Assembly (NCBI RefSeq): GCF_009914755.1
Contig: NC_060935.1
Direction: 5' to 3' (one strand)
From: the human T2T-CHM13v2.0 reference genome, Homo sapiens
DNA: 64,000 bases
The notes beneath the pieces are model-generated. The model saw only the letters and a list, made by a program, of their open reading frames with translations. It had not been told where the DNA came from and searched no databases. The position numbers were made by a program, and so were the translations under genes. Positions 13,036 through 27,118 of this stretch are shown piece by piece; the first letter of the stretch is position 1; each line of letters begins with the position of its first letter.

Positions 13036-14869
13036 AAGTCTATGTGCCCAAGTGTGTGTGTGTTTTTAGATTTTATATATCAAAACCAAAATTGTTTTAT
13101 GAATTGGTATCTATGTAACTGAATTAAAATTTCAACTGCAAAGATTATCAACTATTTTATTTTGGTGACGTTAATTAACCTGTTTCAAATAGTCTATATT
13201 CAAAATGGGACTATTTATACATTTAATACTTATAATTAGGAATCAATGATAAAATACACAGAAAGTGCTTTGTGCATAGTACACATTCAGTATCATCCTT
13301 ATTACTTCCATTACTAGAATGAAACTTGTGAAAAATAAAATACCCTGTAGGAAATATATACATTATTTTGATAATTGGAAATTTGTTTCTTTCATTTATG
13401 TCTAAGTGCCTGAGGTTAACCTCTAAATCTTAAATTCTTATAAACAGCAAGTCACTTACACAAAAACTTTAATAAGTGCCTTATTTATAGACTGGGGTTT
13501 GGGGCAAATTAAGTCACTTACAGCTATGTGATATTATAAGGAAAGTGATTCCTTATAGTGTACAGATATGTTTTATAGCAGGAATTATTCTTCAAAATCT
13601 TCCTGTTGAAAAGTAGTCTTCTCTCTCCTTTTTCTTTTCTCCTTTGAGAGTTTATTTTCCATTCAGTGTATAATGTTTTAGGGACCCAGAATCACAACAA
13701 GAAAAAGGTCAGTTCTAAGCTGAGGCAAACTATATTATGCCCATACCATTTCTGTACACTCCTATCTTCACCTTTTTATGTGCTAAAAATCCATTTTCAC
13801 ATTTGAGCTATTTAATCAGTTCATTTCAGTTAGTGGCAACTTCTTTCTATATTAAAAAAAAAAAGAGGAAAGTTTTTATAGTTGTGAATGTCCTCTAGCT
13901 CTTTTGGGACTGAAAAGACCTTGAAAGTGTTTCTCTCTACAGGACTGAGGAAGAAAGTCTTTGTGCGGGCTACACAAGGGAAATGTTTTTTCTCCTGGCA
14001 CATTTACTCTATAGTGCACAGAAGTCTGATGTTTGCTTTTCTTTGTATATCTGACGCTAAAGTACTGATGACTAGGCTTTAGCTTCTGTATTCAGTCTAA
14101 AGTGCCAATAGGGAGAACATAAAGAGGTAAATTGAAAATTGCAACTGTAGAGAACTAAAATCATTTGGCTAGGCAAAGCTTTGATTTCTACTAGGCTTCT
14201 TTGCATCCTCAATGTTCTAAGGGTATATAATTTCCTTGGTAAATAATTCTAGAATTAAAGAAAAATATTTAAAAATACACGTATTATTCATGTATGTGGA
14301 TCATAACTAAGAGAAAACAGGAAAATGAATATAGTCTGATTGGCTTGGTCATGGGATTGGAACACATTGTTTATTTTTAAAGTTTTGAAATGTTTCATGA
14401 GAAAATAACATTTTATAACATTGAGTAAATAATAAAATGTGAAATTATCTGAAAAAAGTTATACTCTATACTTTGCATATAACTTTAAAACATAAATTTG
14501 ATTTTTATTAATAGTATGTGTTAAGAAAATGCTTTTCATTTTAAGTGTTTCTCCTGTTTCAATTTAGCCTATTTTTAATTCCTTTTAAAATAAAATTTGG
14601 TCCCCAATTTTTTTCTTTAAAATAATTCATTAATTAACTGATCATTTAATGTTGATGATATTAATGCTGGGAGAGATATTTGAGGTTGTATACCAAAATG
14701 GGTAAGTCTCAGCCTTAGCTATTTCATGCTTCAAATCAAGGATTACTAGATTCAGAATTTAAAATGATGTAAACAAACTAGTATTTACCTTGTGGAGATC
14801 TTGCATATGGTGAAACAACCATAATAGTCAAGATAGAAGGTATGGCTGTGCATGTAACACACATTGAAA

Positions 14870-15480
14870 AACATCTTGGGCATCTTAGTTAACACATTGG
14901 TTAAAAAATTCAGTTACACATCAGTATAATTTAGCTACAAACAAAATTAATATAACCCAATGGAAAATTTACCAGAAAAAGAATTTTCCAGAAAAGAAAT
15001 TCAGAGTCCCACTCATCTGGCTAAGCAATATCTTAAATAGCCTATTCATTTCTGACTGCTGGATTTTAGGAGAAATAAATTCATACCTGAACCCATTAAG
15101 AACAGTGAAGACATTCTGAAAAAATCATTCAGAGAAATAGAGGAAGGAACTAGGCAGGGCTACCCTGGAAAATGAAACAAGCCAGGAGGAACATGTTTTT
15201 TATGTTAGTCTCAAATATATAAAGAATGACACATAGTAAAGAGATAGAAATGTTTTGCTCTGGATGCAGGATAGTATAATTAAGATCAATTGACAGTTTA
15301 GGAAGATGAGTGTGTGCTCAAATGGAAGCAGAAATTTTGTGCAACGTAGCAGTAAATATTGGAAGTTTTGAGTGGTGCCAATTTCCCAGCCACTATTAGA
15401 TCATCTGTCAGGGACGTGTTAACAGAATTTAGGGATAGTTAGTTAAATCAGATCATTTAAGTTTCTTTCAAATTCATAAA
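14870..15480 (+). mobile_element. Degenerate L3/CR1 LINE 3' fragment
   Basis: Weak resemblance to the CR1 3' region (ccctggaaaa..., tctcaaatatataaag...). Confidence 0.4.
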
Positions 15481-15804
15481 GTATGTAGGTTGTAAATTTG
15501 TTCATAAAAAGCAAAAGCTTATCACTATTATTATTACTTTTCACAAAATCATCTGCCCCTATTCTTTAGGTTTTATACCTAGGCATTTATGTTAGACCTA
15601 GTTCAACTTAATGAATAAAGTTGAATGTCAATCTGAATCGATTTTGATTTTTTTTAATGTCATTTCTTAAGTTTTCAAAGTCTGCTTTTTTTGGAACAGT
15701 GAAGGTGAAAACAGCTGAAAGGGAGGTGTAGGCTCTGAAGGAGAATGCAGGCTTAGACGAAGTAGCACCACAATTCACTGTGTGCAGTTGATGAGCCTAA
15801 GATT

Positions 15805-16030
15805 GCAGCATATATTGGTAAAGAGCTTGGGTGCTGAGGTCATACTGAGTGCACATTCTAGCCATGCCTTTTTCAAGCTATATGTCCTTGGCATTTTATC
15901 TCAGTCCTTATAGCTTCGGTTTTTCTTCATCTTCAAAACTGAAAGAGTACAATGCATAATTATGGATAGTAATAAGGAAAAAATGAAATAATAACTGTAA
16001 ATGGCTTGGCTCCTTGAAATGCTCAATATT
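15805..16030 (+). mobile_element. MIR SINE
   Basis: MIR core-like agctatatgtccttggca...cttcggtttttcttcatcttcaaaactg. Confidence 0.6.
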
Positions 16031-17329
16031 ATCGAACATTTAGTACTCTTACACATGAAGTATACTCACCTTCACAATAAGAAATCCTCAACTTCACTGG
16101 TACAACTATACTATTCACACTGAGAACAGAAGTGTGTATGAATTTACCAGAATAATAGTTATAAATTTTAATTGATGTAGAAAGTAGAATTCCATGTTTT
16201 TGTTGTTGTTGTTTGGTGTTAATAACAGAACTTGATCTTCTAATCAAGCTAATCAGTGAGGAATAATCAATTCTTTCTCATCTAAATAAAAAGTAAAAAT
16301 ATATTTTTCATGTTCCCAAAACTTGTTGAATGAGCATTTTATGTCAAAGCAAATGTTCAGATTAAAGAAATTCATTTAGATATTTGGCTAATCTTTACTT
16401 ACTGGAAAGAAATGCTGCTGAAAACTAGACATAATTACTTTCATTTGAGCTCATTCTTTTATTTAATCCACCTACCAGCTAGTGTTTCCTTCAGTCCTTC
16501 AATTAGTGGTAAATCATGCTCTTTCAACTGAAAAAATGCATTCTAAATTGCAGTTACAGTAGCATCAGCTAAACTGACAATAAGAATTAAGTGAATGTTA
16601 GAATGTAAATAAATAAATGTAAAAGTGAGTGAATGAGTGAATGTTAACAAAAGTGTGAATTTTCAATTGCTCCACTTTAATCTTACAAGTTTGGTAAATG
16701 TAAAAGTCTGTTGTGATGTATAAGCCTTATGAAGAATTATACTTTCTGATCTTTTAACGTTTTCCTCTCTTCTTAAGTAAAGAGTGTTGTTTAATTCATG
16801 TGGAATAACCTTATTACAGGAGATTTTAAGACATGCGCTACAGAAGCCAGTTTAATGGGAAGGACAGATAAGTTTATAAATATATACAGCTCAAGAATAG
16901 ATGTTTAAGATATTAGAGGGGGGAAAAAACTCAGCAAAGTTACACAGATTTAGACAAAAAGAGAAAATGTGCTTACTCAATGAATTCAATTAAAGATTTA
17001 ATGAGGGAGGTGGCATATAATGGATACATCAAACTAGAATGTGATATTTGGAGAGAGGTGAAGAAAGACATTCAGGGAAGAAGAAAGGGTGAAAGAAATG
17101 CTAATATGGGAGATCATCCCTGCTTAGGTTATATCAACCATTCTCCTATGACTGGAATATAGAACTTGTGGAAGCCTGGATAACTAGAGTCCTTTACCAA
17201 GCAACTTTCCTAATTTAAGGTGCATTCACTCTACCACTAACATGGTTTACTAGGTCCTCTCAGGTTTTATTTTAGCTCACAACCCCAGACTTTTCTCTTA
17301 GAGCTTTCTTCTGGGCTTACACTACACAG

Positions 17330-17445
17330 AAATCTCTTCCTTTCTCTCTCTTTCACCTCTTTCCTCCTTCCCTTCCTCTCTCACTCTCTTTCTCTTACTC
17401 TCTCTTTTTCTCTCTCTCTCTTTCTGTCTTCTCTTTTCCTCTAAT
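17330..17445. repeat. CT-rich low-complexity tract
   Basis: Read directly. Confidence 0.8.
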
Positions 17446-17515
17446 TTTCCCTCAAGTTATATTAATTTCACTTTCTCAAATCTAGTAAACTCTGATCCCT
17501 CTGTCTGGAATGTTC

Positions 17516-17829
17516 TTATTTTACTTTAATTTTTATTTCTCTTAGAGACAGAGTCTCACGTTGAGGCCTAGGCTAGAGGGTAGTGGTGTGATTATAGCTT
17601 ACTGTAACTTCGAATTCCTGGGCTCAAGGGATCCTCCCACCTCAGCCTCTAAAGTAATTAGGACTACAGGTGCTCACCAGTGTACTTGGCTAACTTTTAA
17701 AAAGTTTTTTTGTAAAAATGGATCTTACTATGTTCGCAAGGATGTACTCCAACTCCTGGTCTCAAGCAGTCCTCCTGCGTCAACCTCCCAAAACACTGGG
17801 ATTATAGGTGAGAGCCATCACTCCCAGAT
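17516..17829 (-). mobile_element. AluJ
   Basis: gagacagagtctcac...ctgggctcaagggatcctcccacctcagcct...gtgagcca. Confidence 0.9.
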
Positions 17830-18477
17830 TCGGAATATATCTCTATCTATCCATACAAGCCTATTTTTCCTAGTTAATTTTTCTTAAATTTTTATGTTGT
17901 AGCTACTGTTTTCCTCAGAAAGTCTTCCTTGGCATCTCATCTTGGGTACGTCCTGTGTGCTTCAATTCGTCAGGAATTTACACCAGTTTAGCATTATATT
18001 AGTCAAGGTTCTCCGGAGAAACATAACCAATTGGATATATAAAGAGATATAAGAAAGGGGATTTACTGGGGGGGTTGGCTTATCTTGAGATTTTGTAGAT
18101 TGAAAAGTCCTACAAAATGCTGTCTTCAAGCTGGAGAACCTAGGAAAACAGTAGCATGGCTCAGCCCAAGTCTGAAGGCCACAGAACCTGGAGAGCTACT
18201 GCTGGAAGTCTGGAAGTCCAAAGGTTGAAGAATATGAAGTTCTGAAATCTAAAGATAAAAGAAAAAGTGTGTTCCACCTTCAAAAAAGGAAAGGAGAGAG
18301 AGACAGAGGGAGACTTTGCCTTTCCTCTGCCTTTTTGTTCTGGCTGACCCTCCACTTATCTGATGGTGCCAACCCATAGTGAGATTCTTTGAGATTCTTC
18401 TTTATGCAGTTCACAGATTCAAATGCCAATCTCTTGCAGAAACACTTTCATCATACCCAGAAATAATGCTTTACCAG

Positions 18478-19066
18478 CGTTGGGGCCACACAGGCTCTTA
18501 GCCCCCTGAAGGTTCACTGAAACATCACAGGCATGAGGTAGATTGATTAATAGGAAAAAAGGCATACATATTTATTTAATGTGTATACATGGGAGCCACC
18601 AGAAAGAAGACCTAACTTCCCAATGAGTTACAGAAACTTATATTCCATCTTGAAGCCACAGTAAAGAATGCAGACATAGAGCATGGCCAGAAATAGATTA
18701 CATTGGTCAATCAGATTTAAGACCATAAGAAGTTAAAAGCGAGAGAAAGAAAGAAACTTGGGTAGCAAAAGCGACCTTGTTATGTAGATGAGGCTGCCCT
18801 CAGAGACAATGGGTGATAAATGTTTCTTTTCAGACTTTTAAAGATGTCAGCCTCTCAATTTCTCCTGGACCTGGGAAAGGTATAGAAAGGGGAGGGAGCA
18901 TGGAAATTCTTACAGATACAAAATTACCCCAGAAAGGACAGCTATGGAAGGCCACTTCTGTGGCCAAGTGGCAAGTTTTCTTGGCCAAGTTTTCTGGCCA
19001 AGTGGCAGTCGTTTCAAAATACATCAGAGAAATATATTTTGGAGTATAATAATTCAATTTCCTTCG
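18478..19066 (-). mobile_element. ERV1 MER4-group solo LTR (MER34/LTR29-like; subfamily uncertain)
   Basis: 4-bp TSD ccag at 18474-18477 and 19067-19070; minus strand begins gaaggaaattgaattattatactccaaaatatatttc. Confidence 0.8.
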
Positions 19067-19094
19067 CCAGCTACCTAGGAATCTTTAAATATAG

Positions 19095-20031
19095 TATAAA
19101 CAACAACAGCAAAAAATTATATGCCCCCCCTATCCAACTGTGTAGACTATCTCTTGGTCAAGGGGACCTAAAAAAAACCCTGAAAAGCTAGCTCAGGCCA
19201 TGACAGTAATTGAGGTCAAACACATCTCATTATGCTCTCTGCCCTTTGAAGTTGAGGCACAAGTGACCAACATTAACATTAAAACAGAGATCTTAAGACT
19301 GACAAAGGAGACTTTTTGTACCAATAAGATACCACATTCCAACTTGGCTCTAGTATAGCATCATATGACAGAGAACAGGCCCCAAAGGAATTCAAATATA
19401 TTCAAAGAAAATATATTTATTTGACATATTTTGAATGGCCCTGGAAAGCTGTCTTTTTGTGGGGGAAAATTTTGCATGTATAAAGAATGTCTATTAACAT
19501 AACTAGATTTTTATTCTTCCAGGTCCTCTCAAACCTTATGAAATTAACTGACAGTCTAGCACCTATTAAAGGTCTAAATAGGAAAGAAATATTTGCCATT
19601 TATTATCTCCAAGGGCAGCCACTTATGACACTTCATCTACATAATAGGAACCCTGGTCTCAACAACCACTTATCTTAACCCACACAATCCTTTCTATTGA
19701 TACTGGATCTTTAGATTATAACTTAACTCTTTCAATCAATTGCCAATCAGAAAATCTTTGAATCCACCTATGACCTGTAAGCCCTCCGTCACCCCCATCA
19801 TCTCCACCCTCACTTCTAGTTTTCTTGCCTTTCAGAACCCAACCAATGTGTGCTTCACGTGTATTCATTGATGTCTTATGTCCCCCTAAAATGTATAAAA
19901 TAAAACTGTAACACAACCTCCTTTGGCACATGTTCTCAGGACTTAAGACTGTGCCTCAGGCTGTGGTCATTTATATTTGGATGAGAATAAACCTTTTAAA
20001 TATTTTACAGAGTTTGGCTTTTTTATGAATA
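19095..20031 (+). mobile_element. MER4-family (MER4D-like) solo LTR
   Basis: cattaacattaaaacagagatcttaagactgacaaa and terminal aataaacc..aaatattttacagagtttggc match MER4; probable TSD atag/ataa. Confidence 0.85.
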
Positions 20032-21167
20032 ATAATTGACACCTAAAATCAATCATCATGAGCATTCATCACACTTCATTGCAATTTTATTTTTCCCTAT
20101 CTGTGTTCGCTATTATCCTGCAAATGCATGACAGCAGGAGCACTATTGCTCTTGTTTCTCCACTACCTAGCACTGTGGTTTCCAAGTAGTATATATGTAC
20201 ACATCAATTATTTTTTGGGTCAGTGAATAAATCAGCAAACGAATACTGAAGAAATTAGCATCTTAGTGTATTGAGAATTATTAACATATAAATATGGGCC
20301 AAAGCCACTGGCATAGAGAGAGTTTCTATGGTTGGAGACCTTGAACAGACTGGGCAGCTAAAATATCTTCTTGATTAGACTCTGATGACTAGTCAGTGAG
20401 ACACCAATTTGGAATTCACTCTAAAAGAAGCAAATGGTGAGTTAAAATGTGAGAAAAAGAGATTTATAGCAATATAATGATAGGAAAAAGAATATACTTC
20501 CATATTTTATGCCAAATAAAGGCAAACTGATAGTCCAAGTCATTGATCAAAAAATATTAATTATACAACTGAGGGAAAAAAAATCAATAATAGACTATAT
20601 TTTTTAAAAATGATGATTGAGTTACTGGAAAAAGATCCCAATCCAATCCCCAACAGAGGGTTCTTTGATCTCACTCAAGAAAGAATTCACAGTGAGTCCA
20701 TAAAGTGAACGCAACTTCATTGAGAAGGTAGAGGAATAAAAGAATGGCTACTGCACAGACAGAGCAGCCCCAAAGGCTGTTGATTGCCTATTTTTATGGT
20801 TATTTCTTGATTATATGCTAAACAAGGGATGTATTATTCATGCTTCCCCTTTTTAGACCATATAGGGTAACTTCCTGACATTGCCATGGCATTTGTAAAC
20901 TGTCATGGCACTGGTGAGAGTGTAGCAGGGAGGACAACCAGAGGTAACTCTTGTCACCATCTTGGTTTTAGTGGGTTTTAGCCGGCTTCTTTACTGTGAA
21001 CTGTTTTATCAGCAAGTTCTTTATGACCTGTATCTTGTGCTGACCTCCTGTCTCATCCTGTCCTTTAGAATGCCTAACTGTCTGGGAATGCAGCCCAGTA
21101 GGTTTCAGCCTTATTTTACCCATGTCCTATTCAAGATGGAGTTCCTCTGGCTCAGACTCTTCTGACA

Positions 21168-21181
21168 TTTTCCACTTCCCT
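21168..21181 (-). other. Polypurine tract of the MER41A provirus
   Basis: Minus-strand agggaagtggaaaa directly precedes the TG of the 3'LTR. Confidence 0.75.
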
Positions 21182-24100
21182 TTTATAAGAGAACCCTTAA
21201 TTCTAAGGGTTGCAGAGGGATGAAGAACCATCTTCTATAACTTCTTCAGGGTGAGTAGGGGCGATGATATTCCTGCCTAAATATGAGGGTCTCTTGGTAG
21301 AGACGAACTGAGTCAGAAAGCATCAGTATGGTGAGGTCCATTCATAACTCCACCTTTTGACAAAAGGTGATATCTGAAATATTAATAAGTGTTCAATTTG
21401 AGAAAATGTTGAATAAGCTTAACCTGAAATCCTACACAAAGAGTACAACAGCAATATATTTCACAGAGTAAAGCAAAGTGAGTAAAATTATCCCATGTAA
21501 AGTAAGCTTGAAGACTTTCCATGAACTGAGCAACTGTTGGAACAAAGCTGTTGTGGGGTCACTAGCTGATTCCAATGTGCTCAGAATTAGAATACTGACT
21601 CAGATTTTTACAATACCCATCCCTCTTATTTATTCTGAGCAGCAGTCAGAGATCACTGGTTCGTTCACAGGAATAAGAAGTGAGTCTAAATTGCAGGAAA
21701 AAAAAAAAACTAAAAACAACTGATGAGACTAGAATCTAATAACAGGTGTACTATAGTTCTTGAAACATAATTTTTAATCTCTCCAGTTCCTTATTTTTAC
21801 TAAAGACAAATCATAGTAAAACTTATTTGCTTTATTATGCTTGACTTGGTTATTTGTATAAAGTGCAGCAAGAATAATTATTTTTTCACATGAGCTCTTT
21901 TTAAATAGGCTTTGATGGAACTCTGTCATAGAAGGAATTTTAGATAGGACTTTTTTTTTAGAGTTGAGTCTTGTCATGGGTTTGTACCCTCAAATAGCTA
22001 TGAGTTGAGTAAATTCCTCTCATTTGAGGTTCCAAGATAACTTTGGCCTCCTGGCCCTGTTAGAAAGTGACATTCTTTACTTACCACAGGTCAGAAACCT
22101 GGTATATGTACTGTGTAGACAAAGTATGACGGGGCCAGTTTTCCCAAGGGGATTTTACTGGCCTTACAAGTCAAATTTGATTCCTTAAAGGAAAGCACAC
22201 ATTCCAGTCAAAGCCTTGGTAAAATAAACAGTTTTTCCAATTGTGTCCTGTTACAAAGGAAAACAGATCCTTATTACACTTATGCAATTAACTATGTTGC
22301 CATAAATTAAGAATCTTCACAACTAGTTTCCAAATTCTGGAGAAATCAGATATAGAGAAACAAATATCCCCCAAATTTTGTTCAAAGGAGTATGTTTTCC
22401 TCAATTGCCTAAAGCTGTAAATAACTCAAAATGTTTCCTTGACTATGAAAAACAAAACAAAGGATGAGCAACGTTTTGAGCAAAAAGTTAAAAAGATTAC
22501 TTTAGACTTCTATTAGTTTAGTCCATGAAGTTAACTTCTGTTCTGTTTTATAGTCATAAACACTTTAGCTCTCTTGAGTCCTGAAAGTGTTTTCCTCTAT
22601 TCTGGCATCACAGTCTCCAACGTTATCAGAAAATTTGCATTTAAGTGCACCTGTCAAAGTCCTATAGTTGATTATAAAACCACCTCTTAAGGAGGGTTAA
22701 AACAAGACAAAAATTGTTTGTGGATGACAAAAGGTCTTAGGTCAGGCACAGTCAAAAACATGATTGACAAAGAAATGTGTTTACCTCTGTGACATACAAT
22801 AATTTTATGTAACAATTATAATTATTAATGAAACACACTAAGTCATATCAGAATTATGGGAGTTTCCCACTATTTTGGAACAGATACCAATAGCATATTT
22901 AGGCAAATATAGCTCAAAGACAGCCAAACACTATTTCACATTTGACAGTGCTTCCTGTAGGATTTTTATACCAAATAAGCCAAATTTAACCTTTGCATTC
23001 ATGTACTATTAATGTTAAACCCAATTCTTAATAAAATCTTATAGACATATCTACTAAATTTTAATGTTTGACCATAGGGTAAGATTCTCAAAAATCTTTT
23101 ATAAGCCTTTACAAATTTTTGTTAAAGAGCAGATTATAAGCAGTTGTTTGCTCTAGGAAAAGCCTGTTGTGCTTTTATTCAAATGTTCAATTTATGGAAA
23201 AACTGAATCATACCCTTTTAACTTTGGGCAATATGTTTAGACACAGAATCTATTTTACAATTAATTTTTCACAAACCTTCCATAACTTGCTTAAACCTTC
23301 CACTTTATTCTATCTAACTTAAAACAATCCTTTAACCCTTTAAACTTAGGCAAGAAATTCACATGCCCATGCCTTCTTATAATATTTTACCAAAAGTACA
23401 TTCTACTTGCCTTACACACCTGGCACATAGAATTCTTTTTTCAGTAGTCTCAAATACATGTTACACTGTTAACTCTTAGCAAGTTTTACTTTTGGTAAAA
23501 AACCTGGTTGACAAGCAATTTTAATTATGTACCAGGTGTGGAGCCTAGGACACCAGAAAATCTGACTCTTTCCAGCATAGATAAAGGGCATAGCTAAATC
23601 CATGTGTGCCAGGCTTTACCTAAGTGTAAAGCAATCAAATTGTACAGTAAGAGTCATAGTGACATTTTATGAAGCATTTAGGGGCCTAACACCCTTTAAA
23701 TTTTACATTTCTCGAATAAATTCCCTTTCATAAATCCTTTCACAGTGTACACAGACCATGTACTACATGCTTAGACTTTCTGACTTGCCCTAAAAATCCC
23801 ACTTTTTAAGTAGCCAATCATTTTACTTTAGGACAAGAATTTACCATACAACATACTTTCTTATATAAAATCTACTTTCTTTATAACCTTATTTGCATAG
23901 CTAGGGAGCATGGCTAATTCCACATGTCTGCAGGCCTTATATAGAATCTAATGTCTCCAAGGTAGGTAAATTGAACAATTTTCAAAAGTCAGAGAAGCAG
24001 TTTATGATCTTAAAGCATTTAGTAAACTTAATATCTGACCTAATTTAGACTAAATGTGTAAATTTCAAAGACATTTTTATTTTACTAAAATAAAAATAAT

Positions 24101-25688
24101 TAAAATAAAAATGTTCTTATTTCCCAAAGATTACTTAGGTTACATGAACTAAAAAGCATTATACCTTTTACATTTCTGACAAAATATTTAATTTAAGCAC
24201 TTATATTTAAGCCAATTATTCAAAGTTCTTTCATATACAAATATCACACATACAACACATATAAATACACAGACACACAGATACCTGAAACCAGTCTGCC
24301 ATTATGATAAAAGAAAGCATGGCCACTTGGTTACAAGGTAAAGTTCCCAAGGACAAACAAAACAAGAATGGAACCTCATCCAGTATTTTGTTGTTGTTGT
24401 TTTCTTTTTTAGGGATATGCAGCAAAGTTTGTAAGTGACCAGTTTGCTAGGCCGTCTTGAAAAACAGGCTTACAGGTGTCCTAAACCCATGTTCTATCCT
24501 AAGGTATCCCTCCTTATGACAGAACAATATAGAAAGACACACAAAGCACACCAGATTCACTACAGCTAGTGTCACAAATCCTTTTTCCCGTTAATCGAAA
24601 CATTACAGATGAGATAAACGGTGATTTTTACCATTCGTTCAACTGTTTTGCACAGAGAGAGAGAGAGAGGCCAGAAGTCTGACTGGTAAGAAATTCTTAC
24701 TCTTTTGCTGACATACCAGGCTTCTGGGTTACCTTTCCCTGAGTGCCTAATAACCTGGCTTGATGGCCCATAGCTCTGGGGGGCCAAGCTGTGACACAAA
24801 AGAAAATTATCTTTTTCCTCTCTGGCCAGAGAAAAATATATGTGACTAAACAAAGACATTAGCCACTCTGCTTAGCACCCAATATTAAACTAGCAAGACT
24901 CAAACTTGCCCCAGGTTGGCCCATGACATTGTTAATCCAACCTCTGATCAGGAGTTTCAACTTGTGGTCTCTGGGCAAGATGGTTGGCCTGAGTAATAGA
25001 AAATATAGGAAAGAAAAAGGAGAGAGAGAAAAGCATTGTCTGTGGCAGGGTGGGGAAGGCCAATAGTTCAGGGAGACCAGAGAAAGACCCACCCATTGCA
25101 GTGACACTGAAAAGTTCAGGCGGCTGTTAGTTGGTAGTGAACGGATCCTTTCCAGCAGTCCCATCAGCTCTTAAGTTTCTCCTTTTGGATAGGAAAAAGC
25201 TTCCTGTGTCCCATGATCCTGTACCTGCCTAATTCTGTCACCCATACCCATCATCAAACAGTGCAAGGCAGATTAATCCAAAGAGAAAAGCGATTAACGT
25301 CTTGTAATTTCAAAACCATTCTCATCAGAAAGGGACTTTACAGAGAGGGGCCTCTAACCCCCTAAAACTTAGGAAAGACTCTAACCTTCCAACACTGGGC
25401 TTCAAATCCAAGGTCTGTCAAGTCCTTGCTTTTTATTGAGAGGAGCCTTTAACTCTCTCTGTCTTAGGAGAAACTGTAACTCCCCTAAGTTGGGTCTCTA
25501 ACCCAATCCCATCCTTTATCCAGATACCCCACCAGTTAACCAAAGTTGGCCAGTCAGTGCTGCAGCCATTTCATTTGGGCTGGGAGGATTTCTTCAGTAT
25601 TGTCTCTTCCATGGTTCACCAGAAAGATGTCATCAGACCCCACCACTTACCCAAGGTTAGCCTTTGGGTCACAGGTTTCCTTAGTATT

Positions 25689-25706
25689 GTTGCTTCGTGG
25701 TCGCCA
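25689..25706 (-). other. Primer-binding site, tRNA-Arg type
   Basis: Plus strand gttgcttcgtggtcgcca vs remembered tRNA-Arg(TCG) 3' end gtcccttcgtggtcgcca (16/18), 6 nt from the 5'LTR. Confidence 0.75.
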
Positions 25707-27084
25707 GGAAGATGTTTCCAGAAAAGGGTCCCAACAGACTCCAAGAGGGAATTCTTGGATCTCGCACAAGAAAGAATGCAGGGCAAGTCCATAGAGTAAA
25801 GTGAAGGCAAGTTTATTAAGAAAGTAGAGGAATAAAAGAATGGCTACTCCATAAACAGGGCAGCCCCAAAGGCTGCTGGTTGCACATTTTTATGGCTATG
25901 TCTTGATTATGTGCTAAACAACGTGTGGATTATTCAGGCCTCCCCTTTTTAGACCATATAGGTTAACTTCCTGATGTTGCCATGGCATTTTTTTTACTGT
26001 CATGACGCTGGTGGGAGAGTAGCAGTGAAGATGACCAGAAGTCACTCTTGTCACCATCTTGGTTTTGGTGGGTTTTAGCTGGCTCCTTTACTGCAATCTG
26101 TTTTATCAGCAAGAACTTTATGACCTGTATCTTATGCTGACCTCCTATTTCATCCTGTGACTTAGAATACCTAACCATCTTGGAATACAGCCCAGTTGGT
26201 TTCAGCCTTATATTACCCAGCTCCTATTCAAGATGGAGTTGTTCTGGTTCAAACACCTCTGTGAATTGTATCAAGTTGGTTGACATGAGTAATGGCTGAT
26301 ATTAATTATTGAAATTTTAAATAAGCTTTTAACTATGGTTTTTTTCATTTAAGACCAAGTTTTTATTTTGAATTCAAGATTCAATTTTTGGTGTTATTTT
26401 CTTTCATTAAACATTAGTAAAAGGAAATCTACTTATGAAATTGTGGAAATAGTTTGAGTTTTAGCTAGACTGGAAAAGCTCTATTTTTATTTCTGAGTAA
26501 AGCTGGATGTTTACATTTTGACTCTTGGCCAAGATAAGACAGTTGAATTTAAGATAAACTGTTTAAAATCAGAAATACTCTGGAGACTCTTTGGGTCAAT
26601 TTTGTTTTTACTAATGATTTCCAACTAGCCTAACTCGTTTGACAAGCTTAGCATGATCACTTAAGAGAGCTTCTCTTTGAGTTTTGCCAAAACCAAGATT
26701 CCTTGTATATATCTTGGTTGGTGGTTCAAGCCAGAGATCTACAAAAGAGGCTTTAAGGCACTTGTACATGGGATGTCTCATGTTTAGATTGGTGTCTGTA
26801 TTCTCTTTCTCTTGTTGTACCATATTCCTTGCCTTTAAAATAAAACTTTTACACAAGTATGTCTTGAAATGATATATGGAGAAGCCAAGCTTAATTTGGA
26901 AGACTGTGACAAAGATTTCGAGAATATGATGATCAGTTTACAGATAATACTAAATTAGACATAGTTAATATACTGATAAGCAGAAAAAAGCTCATATAGA
27001 TTTAACAAATAAAGAAATTAGTTCTACATATTAAGAATAAATTGTGATGGGAACATAGAATAATATACTTAGGACAAATATGTG

Positions 27085-27086
<2 letters not shown>

Positions 27087-27116
<30 letters not shown>
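27087..27116. repeat. (GT)15 microsatellite
   Basis: Read directly. Confidence 0.95.

Positions 27117-27118
<2 letters not shown>

Larger units (their letters stand above)
17995..20060 (-). mobile_element. MLT2 (ERVL) LTR broken into three pieces (17995-18477, 19067-19094, ~20032-20060)
   Basis: tattagtcaaggttctcc..gagaaac start; cccagaaataatgctttaccag|ctacctagg..|ttgacacctaaaatcaatcatca reconstitutes the MLT2 terminus. Confidence 0.85.
20620..26264 (-). mobile_element. MER41A ERV1 provirus: 3'LTR 20620-21167, non-coding internal 21168-25712, 5'LTR 25713-26264
   Basis: Two ~550-bp direct repeats matching MER41A; TSD attg at 20616-20619 and 26265-26268; PBS and PPT present; no gag/pol/env ORF. 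Confidence 0.93.

Noticed and set aside
20620-26264. Interferon-gamma-inducible MER41 enhancer
   Set aside because: LTRs look like MER41A, the subfamily reported to lack the tandem STAT1/GAS sites of MER41B; I did not see that tandem motif block.
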